IMG/VR virus record: IMGVR_UViG_3300005590_000018
Location: 1-43,699 of that record
Source: a virus
Taxonomy: Duplodnaviria > Caudoviricetes
Strand: one strand, 5' to 3'
Length of the DNA: 43,699 nt
Each line of letters begins with the position of its first letter. Position 1 is the first letter of the stretch. Of this stretch, positions 1 to 8,826 are shown piece after piece. The position numbers and the translations under genes were made by a program. The notes under the pieces were generated by a model that saw nothing but the letters and a program-made list of their open reading frames with translations, had not been told where the DNA came from and searched no databases.

Positions 1-70
1 CCAGAATACGCTTCGTCTACGAGCCGGCGTATTCAATGAAACGTCCAACGTGACCGTGCCTATCAATGGT
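1..70. repeat. Terminal direct repeat copy 1 (circular overlap)
   Basis: ccagaatacg...tatcaatggt is identical to 43630-43699. Confidence 0.97.
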
Positions 71-1693
71 GTGCTACGCATGGAGCAGGGGGCAATCCTG
101 AAACCCGCATCTGGCGTTACCATCGCTATCAATGGGGCTGTCCAGGCGGGCAACTACAAGATTTTCGACCTGTCAGCTGGCGGCAGCATTACGCTTGCAG
201 GTGGGGCAGAAGCGGAAATCCCGGTTCAATGGTTTGGTGCAACCGGTGATGGATCGACGGATGACCATGATGCTGTCCAGAACACCTTCACGGCTTTGGG
301 TGGGAATCAGTCTTTCACCGTTGTATTCCCGGCTCCATCAAGCGAGTACATTGTTTCGTCCAAGATCACAATTCCGTCCGGGATCAAGTGGATCAAGGTG
401 CGCGGCGGCGGTGCGGCAACGAAGATCCGCACGACAAACGCAACGGGGCAGAACCTGTTTGAGTTCGCGTCGAAAGATTGCACCATCAGTTTTGAAAACC
501 TGTACCTGACGGGTAATGCCAACTCCGGACACGGCATCTACTCCGACAATGCCTATCAAAACTGGATCACGATTAAAGACTGTGTGATTCGCGGCTTCAC
601 CGGGACCAACAAGTTCGGCATTTTCTGTGACCACGACTACCGGGTTCAGGTCCAGAATTGCGAGGTGCAGTTGAATTGGGGTGGTGTGTATCTCAAGGAA
701 ATGCAGTATGGATGCCAGGTGTCATCAGGCATCTACCGCGACAACTCATCAGGGTATCAGATTTACGTTGAGGACGCTTTTGGATTCGACCTGTCTGGAT
801 GCCTGATTGCCGGAACGTACTCCGGGGCAACTTCCGTGGACATGGTTCGGTGCGTTGGCGTTGCGGGTATTTCGATCAACGGCAACAAGTTCGACACGCT
901 TGCTGCTGTACAGAACGACATTCAACGCTCCATGATCACGCTTTCCAATCAGCCGCTCTATTCCGGAGCATCATACACGTATGGCTGCGAGGGTGTGTCA
1001 ATCACGGGAAACGGCTTCGAGGTAACAAGCGGATTCACTTCGTACACCCATGCCAGAATCATTCGGATCGAGTACGCGGCATCTGCCGTCTCGATAACCG
1101 GAAACAAGATGTTCCACCGCAACAGTTCGGTTGAACCTGTCGAGATCATCACAACCGATGATGCGGAGTCGCCAACGGATAGTGGAAGGATCAAGAACAT
1201 TGGTTTCTCCAACAACTACTATGACGGCATCGGCGGCAGCACAAAACTGGTCAAGTACAATGCTTACGTCGGTGGAAGTCCAACGGCAATCGCCTATCAT
1301 GCCAACCGGGTGAACATCAAGAGCCTGGACTACGAGCCGATGCAGGTCCAGTTCTACGAGCTGAACCTTGCCGCAGGCGGGTCCACGTTCATGAAGTGTG
1401 GAGACAGTTCCATCTATGAGTTCTATATGCCCAGGGACGGATACCTTCGCGGCATTTCGGCGCACCTAAACGCGGCGATCTCGGCGGGAACCATCGAGTT
1501 GACCATCTTTGGTAAGCAGCTCGATGTGAATGTGCAGAACGTCGCTACGTGGTGGAACGATTGGGAGGTCAAGGTCAACAAGGGCGACTACCTGCGCGTT
1601 CTGTGTGAGCCTGATATTTCCGTGCTGCCAACCGGAAGTCTCGATCTCACGGTGCAAGTGTTCATTGCCCTGGACAACAACGACCCGATCTGA
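2..1693 (+). CDS. Tailspike / receptor-binding depolymerase with right-handed beta-helix (pectate lyase-like); 3' part of the gene starting at 43292
   Basis: VQWFGATGDGSTDDHDAVQ...VVFP pectate_lyase_3-type start, repeated I-x-G-N beta-helix rungs; in frame with 43292-43699 across the junction (about 676 aa in total). Confidence 0.85.
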   Translation, partial: QNTLRLRAGVFNETSNVTVPINGVLRMEQGAILKPASGVTIAINGAVQAGNYKIFDLSAGGSITLAGGAEAEIPVQWFGATGDGSTDDHDAVQNTFTALGGNQSFTVVFPAPSSEYIVSSKITIPSGIKWIKVRGGGAATKIRTTNATGQNLFEFASKDCTISFENLYLTGNANSGHGIYSDNAYQNWITIKDCVIRGFTGTNKFGIFCDHDYRVQVQNCEVQLNWGGVYLKEMQYGCQVSSGIYRDNSSGYQIYVEDAFGFDLSGCLIAGTYSGATSVDMVRCVGVAGISINGNKFDTLAAVQNDIQRSMITLSNQPLYSGASYTYGCEGVSITGNGFEVTSGFTSYTHARIIRIEYAASAVSITGNKMFHRNSSVEPVEIITTDDAESPTDSGRIKNIGFSNNYYDGIGGSTKLVKYNAYVGGSPTAIAYHANRVNIKSLDYEPMQVQFYELNLAAGGSTFMKCGDSSIYEFYMPRDGYLRGISAHLNAAISAGTIELTIFGKQLDVNVQNVATWWNDWEVKVNKGDYLRVLCEPDISVLPTGSLDLTVQVFIALDNNDPI

Positions 1694-1720
1694 TTAGGCC
1701 CAACACGGCAAAACTCGGAA

Positions 1721-1749
1721 GGGGGCGGCTTCGGTCGCCCCCTTTTTTT
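1721..1749 (+). terminator. Intrinsic terminator after the tailspike gene
   Basis: gggggcggc-ttcg-gtcgccccc stem-loop followed by T7. Confidence 0.9.
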
Positions 1750-1838
1750 GTGGCTCGGACCCATCCGGACCCTGGCTGGAACACGGTAGCACGATTTGCT
1801 GGAAAACCGACACGCCCATAGACAAATACCGACGCGCG

Positions 1839-1860
1839 AGTGTCTATGCCCATAGACACT
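1839..1860. promoter_or_regulatory. Palindromic operator-like site
   Basis: agtgtctatg-cc-catagacact is a perfect 10-bp inverted repeat; an extra half-site gcccatagaca lies at 1814-1824. Confidence 0.55.
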
Positions 1861-1953
1861 TTGATGCGAAAAGGCAAGAAATCCAGATTTCTAAGTTGTC
1901 CATGTTGGAAAACCAGGTTTTTCATTCCGATTGAAAAACTTTGAAAATTGAAA

Positions 1954-1991
1954 AACCCAACATTGTTGTGCCTTAACCCAAGATTGTTGTG
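1954..1991. repeat. 17-bp direct repeat pair, 21 bp apart, in the AT-rich control region
   Basis: aacccaacattgttgtg (1954-1970) and aacccaagattgttgtg (1975-1991). Confidence 0.7.
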
Positions 1992-2019
1992 GTTTATTTA
2001 GCCGATATAACATCGGGTA

Positions 2020-2049
2020 TTGACTGCGTGTGTTGACATTGCGTATTAT
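2020..2049 (+). promoter_or_regulatory. Putative sigma70-type early promoter
   Basis: TTGACT (2020-2025), 18-bp spacer, TATTAT (2044-2049) upstream of the first early gene. Confidence 0.5.
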
Positions 2050-2077
2050 TGTCTCGGGAGCCGAACCCACAGTCACA

Positions 2078-2332
2078 ATGCAGCCTTCTGTGCAAACAGT
2101 CATATCCATAGGCAGGACCGCTTACTTGTTCGCAACGACATATCCAGAAATCGTCGTGGCGTTTCTGTGTGGTCTTTTCCTGGGCGTACTTGTTGCTATA
2201 CTCACGATCGAGAGGGGCAGGGCTGTATCGTGTGGTGTTCGGGTTCGGCAATACGAACATCAAGTAGAGCAGGTGCCAGAGTATGTTTCAGCGTCCTTGT
2301 CCGCGCCCCGTATACCACCGTCCGGTGAGTAG
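2078..2332 (+). CDS. Small membrane protein, first early gene
   Basis: Hydrophobic segment IVVAFLCGLFLGVLVAILTI; ATG 2078 chosen because it lies downstream of the putative promoter. Confidence 0.55.
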   Translation: MQPSVQTVISIGRTAYLFATTYPEIVVAFLCGLFLGVLVAILTIERGRAVSCGVRVRQYEHQVEQVPEYVSASLSAPRIPPSGE

Positions 2333-2333
2333 C

Positions 2334-2489
2334 GTGGCGAAAGAGAAAACCATCCGGTGTCGCAGGTGTGCGGACCAGTCCGATCCACACGCAGATCGGC
2401 CCGATTGGGGATACGACCTTGTTGTGATCGGATCGCACTACTATTGGGTGTCAAATCCGGGTGGCGAAAAGGAGGAGGTGGCAGCATGA
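2334..2489 (+). CDS. Hypothetical protein (CxxC)
   Basis: GTG start 1 nt after the previous stop; ATGA overlap with the next gene. Confidence 0.5.
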   Translation: MAKEKTIRCRRCADQSDPHADRPDWGYDLVVIGSHYYWVSNPGGEKEEVAA

Positions 2490-2878
2490 AATCAATCGCA
2501 TTTGTGTCGGATGACAAGGAGCAACTGAGGAGGGCATTGTTGTTTCTGGAATCGACTGAGAGGTACAAGGATGTGGCTGTCGGGTGCGACAGGGTTATTC
2601 AGCCTTGGCACGACTGTGTTGTCACTTGGGAGGATGGGTCTTGGGGTCCGCACAAACTTCGAGACGGGCGGGCAACTACTAGCCGCCACACCTCCCTCCG
2701 CTCCTTCATGCTTGCCGTGATTGAGGATATGCCGGATGAGCCGGAGCCGATTATGTGGGACGGTGATCCTGTCCTGTTCAACGATGGATCTGTCACGTTA
2801 GGATCGAAACAATGGGCAACCGTCGATAACGGCACCATCCTCGCCATTGCAGACCGAATCAGGGAGGGGCAGGGATGA
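2486..2878 (+). CDS. Hypothetical protein
   Basis: ggaggagg RBS before ATG 2486; ATGA overlaps at both ends. Confidence 0.7.
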   Translation: MKSIAFVSDDKEQLRRALLFLESTERYKDVAVGCDRVIQPWHDCVVTWEDGSWGPHKLRDGRATTSRHTSLRSFMLAVIEDMPDEPEPIMWDGDPVLFNDGSVTLGSKQWATVDNGTILAIADRIREGQG

Positions 2879-3144
2879 AGTGGAGAATCAAAAAGGACGT
2901 GTCGGGGCGGTATTGGGTTGAGGGGTCTTGGATGTGGTTCCTGTTTGGCTTTGTGACTCACGTTGTTGGGAAGCACGGTGAGCGTTGCGACACCGTCCCA
3001 ATAGTTGCTTACGAATACCCATACTCATGGAGCCACAGAAGCCTTGATGAGGCAAAGGAGGCTTTGACAAAATGGGTCAACTGGAAAGACCCTCGCGACA
3101 CCGACGAGATCATATATGTGGACGTAAAAAGGGCACCGAAATGA
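2875..3144 (+). CDS. Hypothetical protein
   Basis: Purine-rich RBS, ATGA coupling. Confidence 0.65.
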   Translation: MKWRIKKDVSGRYWVEGSWMWFLFGFVTHVVGKHGERCDTVPIVAYEYPYSWSHRSLDEAKEALTKWVNWKDPRDTDEIIYVDVKRAPK

Positions 3145-3410
3145 ACAGTATCGGCTACCCCGCACACGGACGCGGACCACTCGCACCGGATGAACCCACC
3201 GTGATCTGCTCCACCTGCCACGGAGCGTATTGGTACGAATCCGATCTGAACGAGGACGGAGAGTGCCAGGACTGCGCGATCCGGTCCCAAGACGACTGCC
3301 AGGACTGCGTGAGTCAGTCCGAACCGGACGAACCGGGCATGGACTACCCGATGGACATTTTCACGCGACCGCCCCAGGGTGGGGTTGTTCGCATAATCAC
3401 TCCACGATAA
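3141..3410 (+). CDS. Cys-rich putative zinc-binding protein
   Basis: CSTC, CQDC and CQDC motifs; ATGA overlap. Confidence 0.6.
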   Translation: MNSIGYPAHGRGPLAPDEPTVICSTCHGAYWYESDLNEDGECQDCAIRSQDDCQDCVSQSEPDEPGMDYPMDIFTRPPQGGVVRIITPR

Positions 3411-3426
3411 CAAAAGCCGATTCATC

Positions 3427-4428
3427 ATGGACCATATCTCATCACAAATTGTCATTCCGGAGTTTTTCGATACTGATGCACTCCGATTGCCCCCGTACAT
3501 CCTCTACCGCGTGGATGGAGGCGACAGGTACTACTACCGACCGGACATTGACCGCTTTTTCCGAAGCGTGACCACGAAGGGTTCCGCGAACCTGCCCACC
3601 CCGTTCGGCATCAAGGAGTTCATGATGCGCGAGGGTCAAGACTCGATTCGCCAGCGGGACGAACGCGCCGCGTTTGGCACATTCACGCACAAACTGTTTG
3701 CCGAGGTGGTAATCAACCGCCGCTTCGATCTGGACTCGATTCCTGATCGTGTGTCAGACGAGATTCGCGGTATCAGCCCGACCCTGCGGGCAGACTTCGA
3801 CGAGTGGGTTTCGGCAACAAGGCAGGATGTTCTCTCGATTGCCGCTTTCATGCAGGAACGCAACGTGACTCCGCTTGCGGTGGAGGTGTGCCTGTGTAAC
3901 GAGGAAGATGGTACGGCGGGTGCGCTTGACCTGGTGTGTCGCATGGATGTTCAGGTGGATGCGCTCGACCATGACAACCCGTACAAAAGTGGGGCGCGAA
4001 AGGGTCAGCCCAGGGAGGTCAAGAAAACCATTCGACCCGTTACCATTCTGGATTACAAGTCCAGCCGGAAGGGGTTCTATGAGGCCCATGAATTGCAACT
4101 CCACCTTTACAAAAGGATGTGGGATGCAAACTTCCCCGACCTGCCGGCAGAGGTGGTTGGCAACATTGCCCCGACCGATTGGAAAACCACTCCGAAACTG
4201 ACATTCAAAGATCAGACGGATTCCAAGCAGGCCGACCTTATTCCGGAAATCCTTTCGTTGGACGAGAAGCGGTTTCCCCAGGAGCCGTCAAAGCGACTGG
4301 TTGTGTCTGGTTTGCTCGATCTTGACAGCGACCTGTCATCATGCTACACGTTCAAGGATGCGCGGGAAATCATCATGGAGCCGGAGTCCGACCGTGTAGA
4401 CGAGGAGGATGTGGAGGTGGGGGAATGA
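3427..4428 (+). CDS. PD-(D/E)XK family exonuclease (RecB/Cas4-like phage recombination nuclease)
   Basis: SVTT, GTFTH, AVEVCL, AGALDLV, ILDYKS and LQLHLY motifs. Confidence 0.85.
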   Translation: MDHISSQIVIPEFFDTDALRLPPYILYRVDGGDRYYYRPDIDRFFRSVTTKGSANLPTPFGIKEFMMREGQDSIRQRDERAAFGTFTHKLFAEVVINRRFDLDSIPDRVSDEIRGISPTLRADFDEWVSATRQDVLSIAAFMQERNVTPLAVEVCLCNEEDGTAGALDLVCRMDVQVDALDHDNPYKSGARKGQPREVKKTIRPVTILDYKSSRKGFYEAHELQLHLYKRMWDANFPDLPAEVVGNIAPTDWKTTPKLTFKDQTDSKQADLIPEILSLDEKRFPQEPSKRLVVSGLLDLDSDLSSCYTFKDAREIIMEPESDRVDEEDVEVGE

Positions 4429-5195
4429 GCCGTATCGTCCGCAACAAACCCAAGTCACTTGGGCCTCTCCCGGTTGCCGGGAAAATAAAGATTGGGAGGC
4501 AGGTTCCCATTGGTGGTGGAAAGAGCCGCCCGGAAGCGCTGGATCACTTCATCGCAACCGGGCGGTACGCCGCCCATTTTGATCGCGCCTTTCCGGAAAA
4601 GACGAGCCAGCTCACAATCACGTTTGCAAGCGACGATCCATCGTTTTCGTGTTCGGAGCGATTGGAGTTGCGATCAAAGGATGGGCTTGTGGCGCGTGGT
4701 GATGGTGTCCAGTTTGAGGCGTGGTCATCGCATACGGACTCTTTCGAGCCGTTCACGCCGACTGATCCGGAAGCATGGATGAAACAGGCCGCAGAGAAAG
4801 CCGGGAAGCCGTGGTACGTGGTTCTGGACCTTCGCTTCATCATACCAGCCATACGAGACGTGGCGGCTGTGTGGCACCTTTCCACGAAGGGTGAGCGGTC
4901 ATCCGTTCCTGCAATCAGGGACACCTTCGACCAGGTTCTTGAATCTGCAGGAACGGTCATGCGGATCCCGTTCGACCTGAACGTGGAGATCGTGAAGGGG
5001 CAGGGACTGAAGGCCCGGAGATTCCCTGTAATCAGCCTTGTTCCGAACATTGGTGACGATGCAATGGAACAAGTGAGGGCCATGCTCGACTCAGGAGAGC
5101 GAATCCGGGGGCTTCTCACTCAAGAGCGGCTGATTGGTGGCGGCAAGGAGTATGAAACGTCTGTCCACCGGGGGGATCATGCCAAAGAAGATTGA
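4425..5195 (+). CDS. Gp3-like (recombination directionality factor-like) protein
   Basis: LPVAGKIKIG...RPEALDHF N-terminus and LRFIIP..VWHLSTKG..S..IPFDL core recalled as the phiC31/phiBT1 Gp3-like family. Confidence 0.65.
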   Translation: MSRIVRNKPKSLGPLPVAGKIKIGRQVPIGGGKSRPEALDHFIATGRYAAHFDRAFPEKTSQLTITFASDDPSFSCSERLELRSKDGLVARGDGVQFEAWSSHTDSFEPFTPTDPEAWMKQAAEKAGKPWYVVLDLRFIIPAIRDVAAVWHLSTKGERSSVPAIRDTFDQVLESAGTVMRIPFDLNVEIVKGQGLKARRFPVISLVPNIGDDAMEQVRAMLDSGERIRGLLTQERLIGGGKEYETSVHRGDHAKED

Positions 5196-5625
5196 TTGGG
5201 TTTGTTACGTCACGCCGGACGGTAGGCTATCCAGGACGAAGCAGGAGGCTTTTGATCGACAAATAGCCATGTACGCGGACAGCAATGTTCGCTTGCAAAT
5301 CGGAAAGCCAAAGCGGTCAAGTGACGCAAACAAGTACTACTGGTACGTCATAAAGACCATACAGGCGGCAATGGCAGAGGCGGGGTACGCCTACTCACAA
5401 AAGGGGCTGCACAAGTATTTCAAGGAGAAATACCTAAGCGTTGAAGCGGAGGTGGTAATGGGTGTATCAATCACGCACGAACCATCGACAACAAGGCTCG
5501 ATTCGACGGAGTTTTTCTACTACGTGGAGGCTGTAAAGAACGACGAGGCCGTGCTTGTTCTTGGCATCAACTTCGATGACCCGCCAGATCGCATGACCTC
5601 TTTCTCCATATCTGATCCGGTGTAA
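5179..5625 (+). CDS. NinB/Orf-like recombination accessory protein
   Basis: KRSSDANKYYW, LHKYFKEKYL and STTRLDSTEFFYYVEAV motifs. Confidence 0.7.
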   Translation: MPKKIDWVCYVTPDGRLSRTKQEAFDRQIAMYADSNVRLQIGKPKRSSDANKYYWYVIKTIQAAMAEAGYAYSQKGLHKYFKEKYLSVEAEVVMGVSITHEPSTTRLDSTEFFYYVEAVKNDEAVLVLGINFDDPPDRMTSFSISDPV

Positions 5626-5628
5626 GCA

Positions 5629-6486
5629 ATGGCGGGTAGACCGATAGAGCCTATCAGGATCGACTTCATGGCGAGATACCCCGCAAAGTGGCTGTCCGTC
5701 AAGGGTCCGGGGTGCTTGTCCCTGGAGGCGTTTGGGGCATGGAACAAGATAGTGGACCTGATGTGGGTCGAAGGTGATGGTGCTGGTATGCTCGAGGGTA
5801 CACCGGCACAGTTGTCAAGGATGATAGGAGCGGATTCCATCGAGCAGATGGAGCGCATTGTGGATGAAATGGAATCCGCTGGTATAGGGCACATTTCAAG
5901 GGACGGAAACAGGGTCCGTTTTGAGTCGCCAAAGATGCGACGGGAGTGGGAAACGTCGTTCACGAAGATCAAAAAGAAGCGCACAAGGGACAGGAAATAC
6001 CAAGAGGAAAAAACCGCCCAAAAGGAGCAGAAACGTATTATCGTGAGCGAGAATGAATCGAAAATAGAGCGAGAAGTGGGCGAATCCTCTTACTCTCTCT
6101 CTATGTCTGATTCTAATAAAGAAGAAAAGGTGTCGGCTGTTTCTGTTTTCATCGCGCGTACCGGGTGGATTCCTCCGGGGCATTACCAGGATATGATCGA
6201 GAAGTCTGTTCATAGCCTGTCTGTGTGGGATGCTGTGGTCTGTGCCTGGATGGAGGAGGGGTGGAAGAAAACGAGCGTGGCGAAGATGCTTGACAGGTAC
6301 AAGCGGGAGCGTTCGTCTGGAAGCGGTGCGGCGCGGGCGGCAAGGAAGAAGTGTCATAGGTGCAAAGAGAATGAGGCTGTGCCACCATTCCGCGTCTGTT
6401 TGAGGTGCAAGGATGCGATTGACGAATCGTTATCCCCCAAGTCCAATACGAGCGCACGAAAAGACGAATATAGCCCACCGGAATAG
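5629..6486 (+). CDS. Phage replication initiator / replisome organiser-like protein with C-terminal zinc finger
   Basis: YPAKWL..LSLEAFGAW..IVDLMW..LSRMIG N-terminal wHTH pattern, charged linker, Ser-rich segment, CHRC...CLRC tail; position after recombination genes. Confidence 0.65.
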   Translation: MAGRPIEPIRIDFMARYPAKWLSVKGPGCLSLEAFGAWNKIVDLMWVEGDGAGMLEGTPAQLSRMIGADSIEQMERIVDEMESAGIGHISRDGNRVRFESPKMRREWETSFTKIKKKRTRDRKYQEEKTAQKEQKRIIVSENESKIEREVGESSYSLSMSDSNKEEKVSAVSVFIARTGWIPPGHYQDMIEKSVHSLSVWDAVVCAWMEEGWKKTSVAKMLDRYKRERSSGSGAARAARKKCHRCKENEAVPPFRVCLRCKDAIDESLSPKSNTSARKDEYSPPE

Positions 6487-6488
6487 CC

Positions 6489-6710
6489 ATGATTGAGTCG
6501 AGGGATTCTGATAATTCGGAAATGTACCGAAGGCTGGATCGGGGAAAACCCGCTCGCGGCAACGGTAGAAGGCCCACCTGCTCCCGATGCCTATTGAGGC
6601 CAGAGGGAATACCTGGCACAGAATTGTGCCATGACTGCAAGAAGCAGGTTGACATTGAAAGGGCAGAAAGAGACTTGAGCAATTATGAACCGTTTAACTG
6701 GAAGGGATGA
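6489..6710 (+). CDS. Small zinc-finger protein
   Basis: CSRC...CHDC. Confidence 0.6.
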   Translation: MIESRDSDNSEMYRRLDRGKPARGNGRRPTCSRCLLRPEGIPGTELCHDCKKQVDIERAERDLSNYEPFNWKG

Positions 6711-6714
6711 CCAA

Positions 6715-7710
6715 ATGAAATCAAAGCACCTGGATCACCTTGTTCGTGTTGTGGGCGATGCTTTTTCGATTGAAAGAGACTACACAAACACGAACCTAAA
6801 GAGGCCGAATGAGAGCCAGGCAAGGTCCATGTTGGTGTACCTTGCCTCAAAGATGTATCCGCAGTCCGAGTCTCATGTGTGCCGCCGCCTGGGTGTTAAA
6901 ACCTTGTCCTATTACACCGGGGTCCATAGCACGTATCTCGCAATGTCACATGAGTACAGGATTGCGATGGAGCGTGTAAAGATCATGATGGGCGGCGGGC
7001 GTGATCTTGGCTTGTCCACCATGATTATTCGTCTCATAGATGAGTTTTCGCGCCTCCTGGGTGTTGATCCGGATGAGCAAAAATCAATACTGACAGAGGG
7101 TACTGACGGAGCGTATATCCAGGGCGCGATCATTCTTTTTGTGCAGTCCCACCTTTTTGTTACCCATCAGGAGATAGAGTCTGCTCTGGAAGCAGGCATG
7201 ACCAACTACTCGTCCAGGTTATCCCGAACGTCTATTGAGGGAATGTCCCATGATGCGCCCACATTCCGAAGGTTGGTTTCCGCAAGTGCAGAAAGCGTCC
7301 GGCAGATAGGGTTTCGTGGTGCATGGATGAGTCGGGTAGTCCCTGCAGCAACTCCCACAGAAAGAGACTCAGAGGCCGCAATAATGGCTGCGACAATAGC
7401 CACAAATGAACTGGGACTACTTACGCACTCTGCAGCAGGGACCGCCCATCCGTTTCTTGGGAAAGTTACCAGGCTGTCAATGGCGCATTTTTTCAGCGAG
7501 TATTACGGCTGGACAGTATCACGCATCAGCAATTCATTCCCAGGGGTTTCTTACACCGCATGGAGCAACGCCACAAAGAACTCTGACCGCTGCGAAAGCA
7601 ACCCCCTACTCCGCACATACACCGCGCCCGTGCTTCACGCATTGGACACACGGCTTACCATTTCCACCGATGGGGAGTCATGGAAAACAAGCGACCCGGT
7701 AATAAAATGA
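6715..7710 (+). CDS. Protein with DnaA domain IV (Bac_DnaA_C)-like HTH repeats
   Basis: VRVVGDAFSI...KR..ESQARSMLVYLASK....ESHVCRRLG matches the domain IV pattern; two further degenerate units of similar length follow. Confidence 0.55.
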   Translation: MKSKHLDHLVRVVGDAFSIERDYTNTNLKRPNESQARSMLVYLASKMYPQSESHVCRRLGVKTLSYYTGVHSTYLAMSHEYRIAMERVKIMMGGGRDLGLSTMIIRLIDEFSRLLGVDPDEQKSILTEGTDGAYIQGAIILFVQSHLFVTHQEIESALEAGMTNYSSRLSRTSIEGMSHDAPTFRRLVSASAESVRQIGFRGAWMSRVVPAATPTERDSEAAIMAATIATNELGLLTHSAAGTAHPFLGKVTRLSMAHFFSEYYGWTVSRISNSFPGVSYTAWSNATKNSDRCESNPLLRTYTAPVLHALDTRLTISTDGESWKTSDPVIK

Positions 7711-7976
7711 AAGACGAGCTGATCCGGATTGCAAGGTGCGTGTCCCTGGTTACGGGGGATCCATTTCGTGATGTTGTCTCCGGCAACCCTGCGGAAAGGC
7801 TTTCGTCCATGATCTTCCACGAAATAGCGGGGATGGTCCTATCTGATGCCATGATGGAATTGGGAGCAGTAAAAAAGTGTCCCATTCCCGGTGTTCAGCC
7901 CTGGATGGAGCCCGGATACACAGAGGCGAAAAGATCCGTTTATGAATTGATCCGGTCGAATAGGTGTGTTCCTTGA
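7707..7976 (+). CDS. Hypothetical protein, possibly a degenerate DnaA domain IV-like start
   Basis: ATGA overlap; IARCVSLVTGDPFRDVVS resembles the first helices of domain IV. Confidence 0.55.
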   Translation: MKDELIRIARCVSLVTGDPFRDVVSGNPAERLSSMIFHEIAGMVLSDAMMELGAVKKCPIPGVQPWMEPGYTEAKRSVYELIRSNRCVP

Positions 7977-8021
7977 TCCGCTGGAGCCCGATTTGTACTA
8001 TGTGTTGCCGATTGTAAAAAC

Positions 8022-8450
8022 ATGGACAGGATTATGATACTCGACGAAATAGACGTTCTCACAAGAGAGGGTAAACGCGCCCGCGCCAGGTGGCAGCGGG
8101 TCAAGAAGGAAGCACAGGAGCAGGTTGAGCGGTTCGACGAAGCCGATCATGGGTTCATGCGATTGGGGTACGATGTACAACTACGCAACGGGACACAAGA
8201 TCGGCTTTTTGTATTCATAGAGAAGTCCGCAACCGCAACAGGGCTTCCCTCTCTCGTAGATGACTACGAGGTGGGGCGCAGTTTCGATGATCTCATTTCA
8301 GACTATGATTCCGGCGACCCGGTTGTTCGTGCCAGGGTTGTTATTGCAATGGTCATCGAGGGCGAGGGGCGGTACAGAAAAATATGCCGCATCCTACCTA
8401 CGGTGCTTGCCAGGTTCAAGAAGAACCAGTCCGAGCACATAAGGCGGTGA
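8022..8450 (+). CDS. Hypothetical protein
   Basis: 142-aa ORF in the co-oriented gene run. Confidence 0.65.
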   Translation: MDRIMILDEIDVLTREGKRARARWQRVKKEAQEQVERFDEADHGFMRLGYDVQLRNGTQDRLFVFIEKSATATGLPSLVDDYEVGRSFDDLISDYDSGDPVVRARVVIAMVIEGEGRYRKICRILPTVLARFKKNQSEHIRR

Positions 8451-8457
8451 GGCTGAT

Positions 8458-8826
8458 ATGACAAGCGACGAGATTTTGCTCGAGATCGAATTGGAGACGG
8501 GGGTACTCGTTTCGGAGATCAAAGGACGGGACCGGAGCGCCACGGTTTCGGAAGCGCGACACATGGCTACATGGTTCCTTTGCGAATACATGACATCGTG
8601 GGGCCATCGGCGTGTGGGAAAATGTCTTGGTGGCCGAGATCGTAGCACCGTCTATGGTTCGGTCAAGATGTTTGAGAGTCTATACGAGTCGGACCTGGTA
8701 TACCGGGGTGCGGCAGACCGCATCGATGCGAAACTCAAGCCGAGGGCTGCTGATCGTGGGGAGGGCTCATGTTTCGCCATTGCTCCCCCGGCCCAAGAGA
8801 TTTCAATTACGGTGAACGTAGCATGA
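8458..8826 (+). CDS. Stand-alone DnaA C-terminal DNA-binding domain (domain IV) protein
   Basis: EIKGRDRSATVSEARHMATWFL....GHRRVGKCLGGRDRSTVYGSVK, closely matching the DnaA signature GGRDHSTV. Confidence 0.85.
   Translation: MTSDEILLEIELETGVLVSEIKGRDRSATVSEARHMATWFLCEYMTSWGHRRVGKCLGGRDRSTVYGSVKMFESLYESDLVYRGAADRIDAKLKPRAADRGEGSCFAIAPPAQEISITVNVA

Noticed and set aside
1-70. 70-bp end repeat as a biological terminal repeat
   Set aside because: It falls mid-gene in the tailspike, so it is most likely an assembly overlap
2033-2038. Perfect TTGACA as the -35 element
   Set aside because: No -10 hexamer 16-18 bp downstream; TTGACT/TATTAT fits better
3427-4428. Nuclease as a true Cas4
   Set aside because: No four-Cys Fe-S cluster pattern and no CRISPR context; the neighbours are recombination genes
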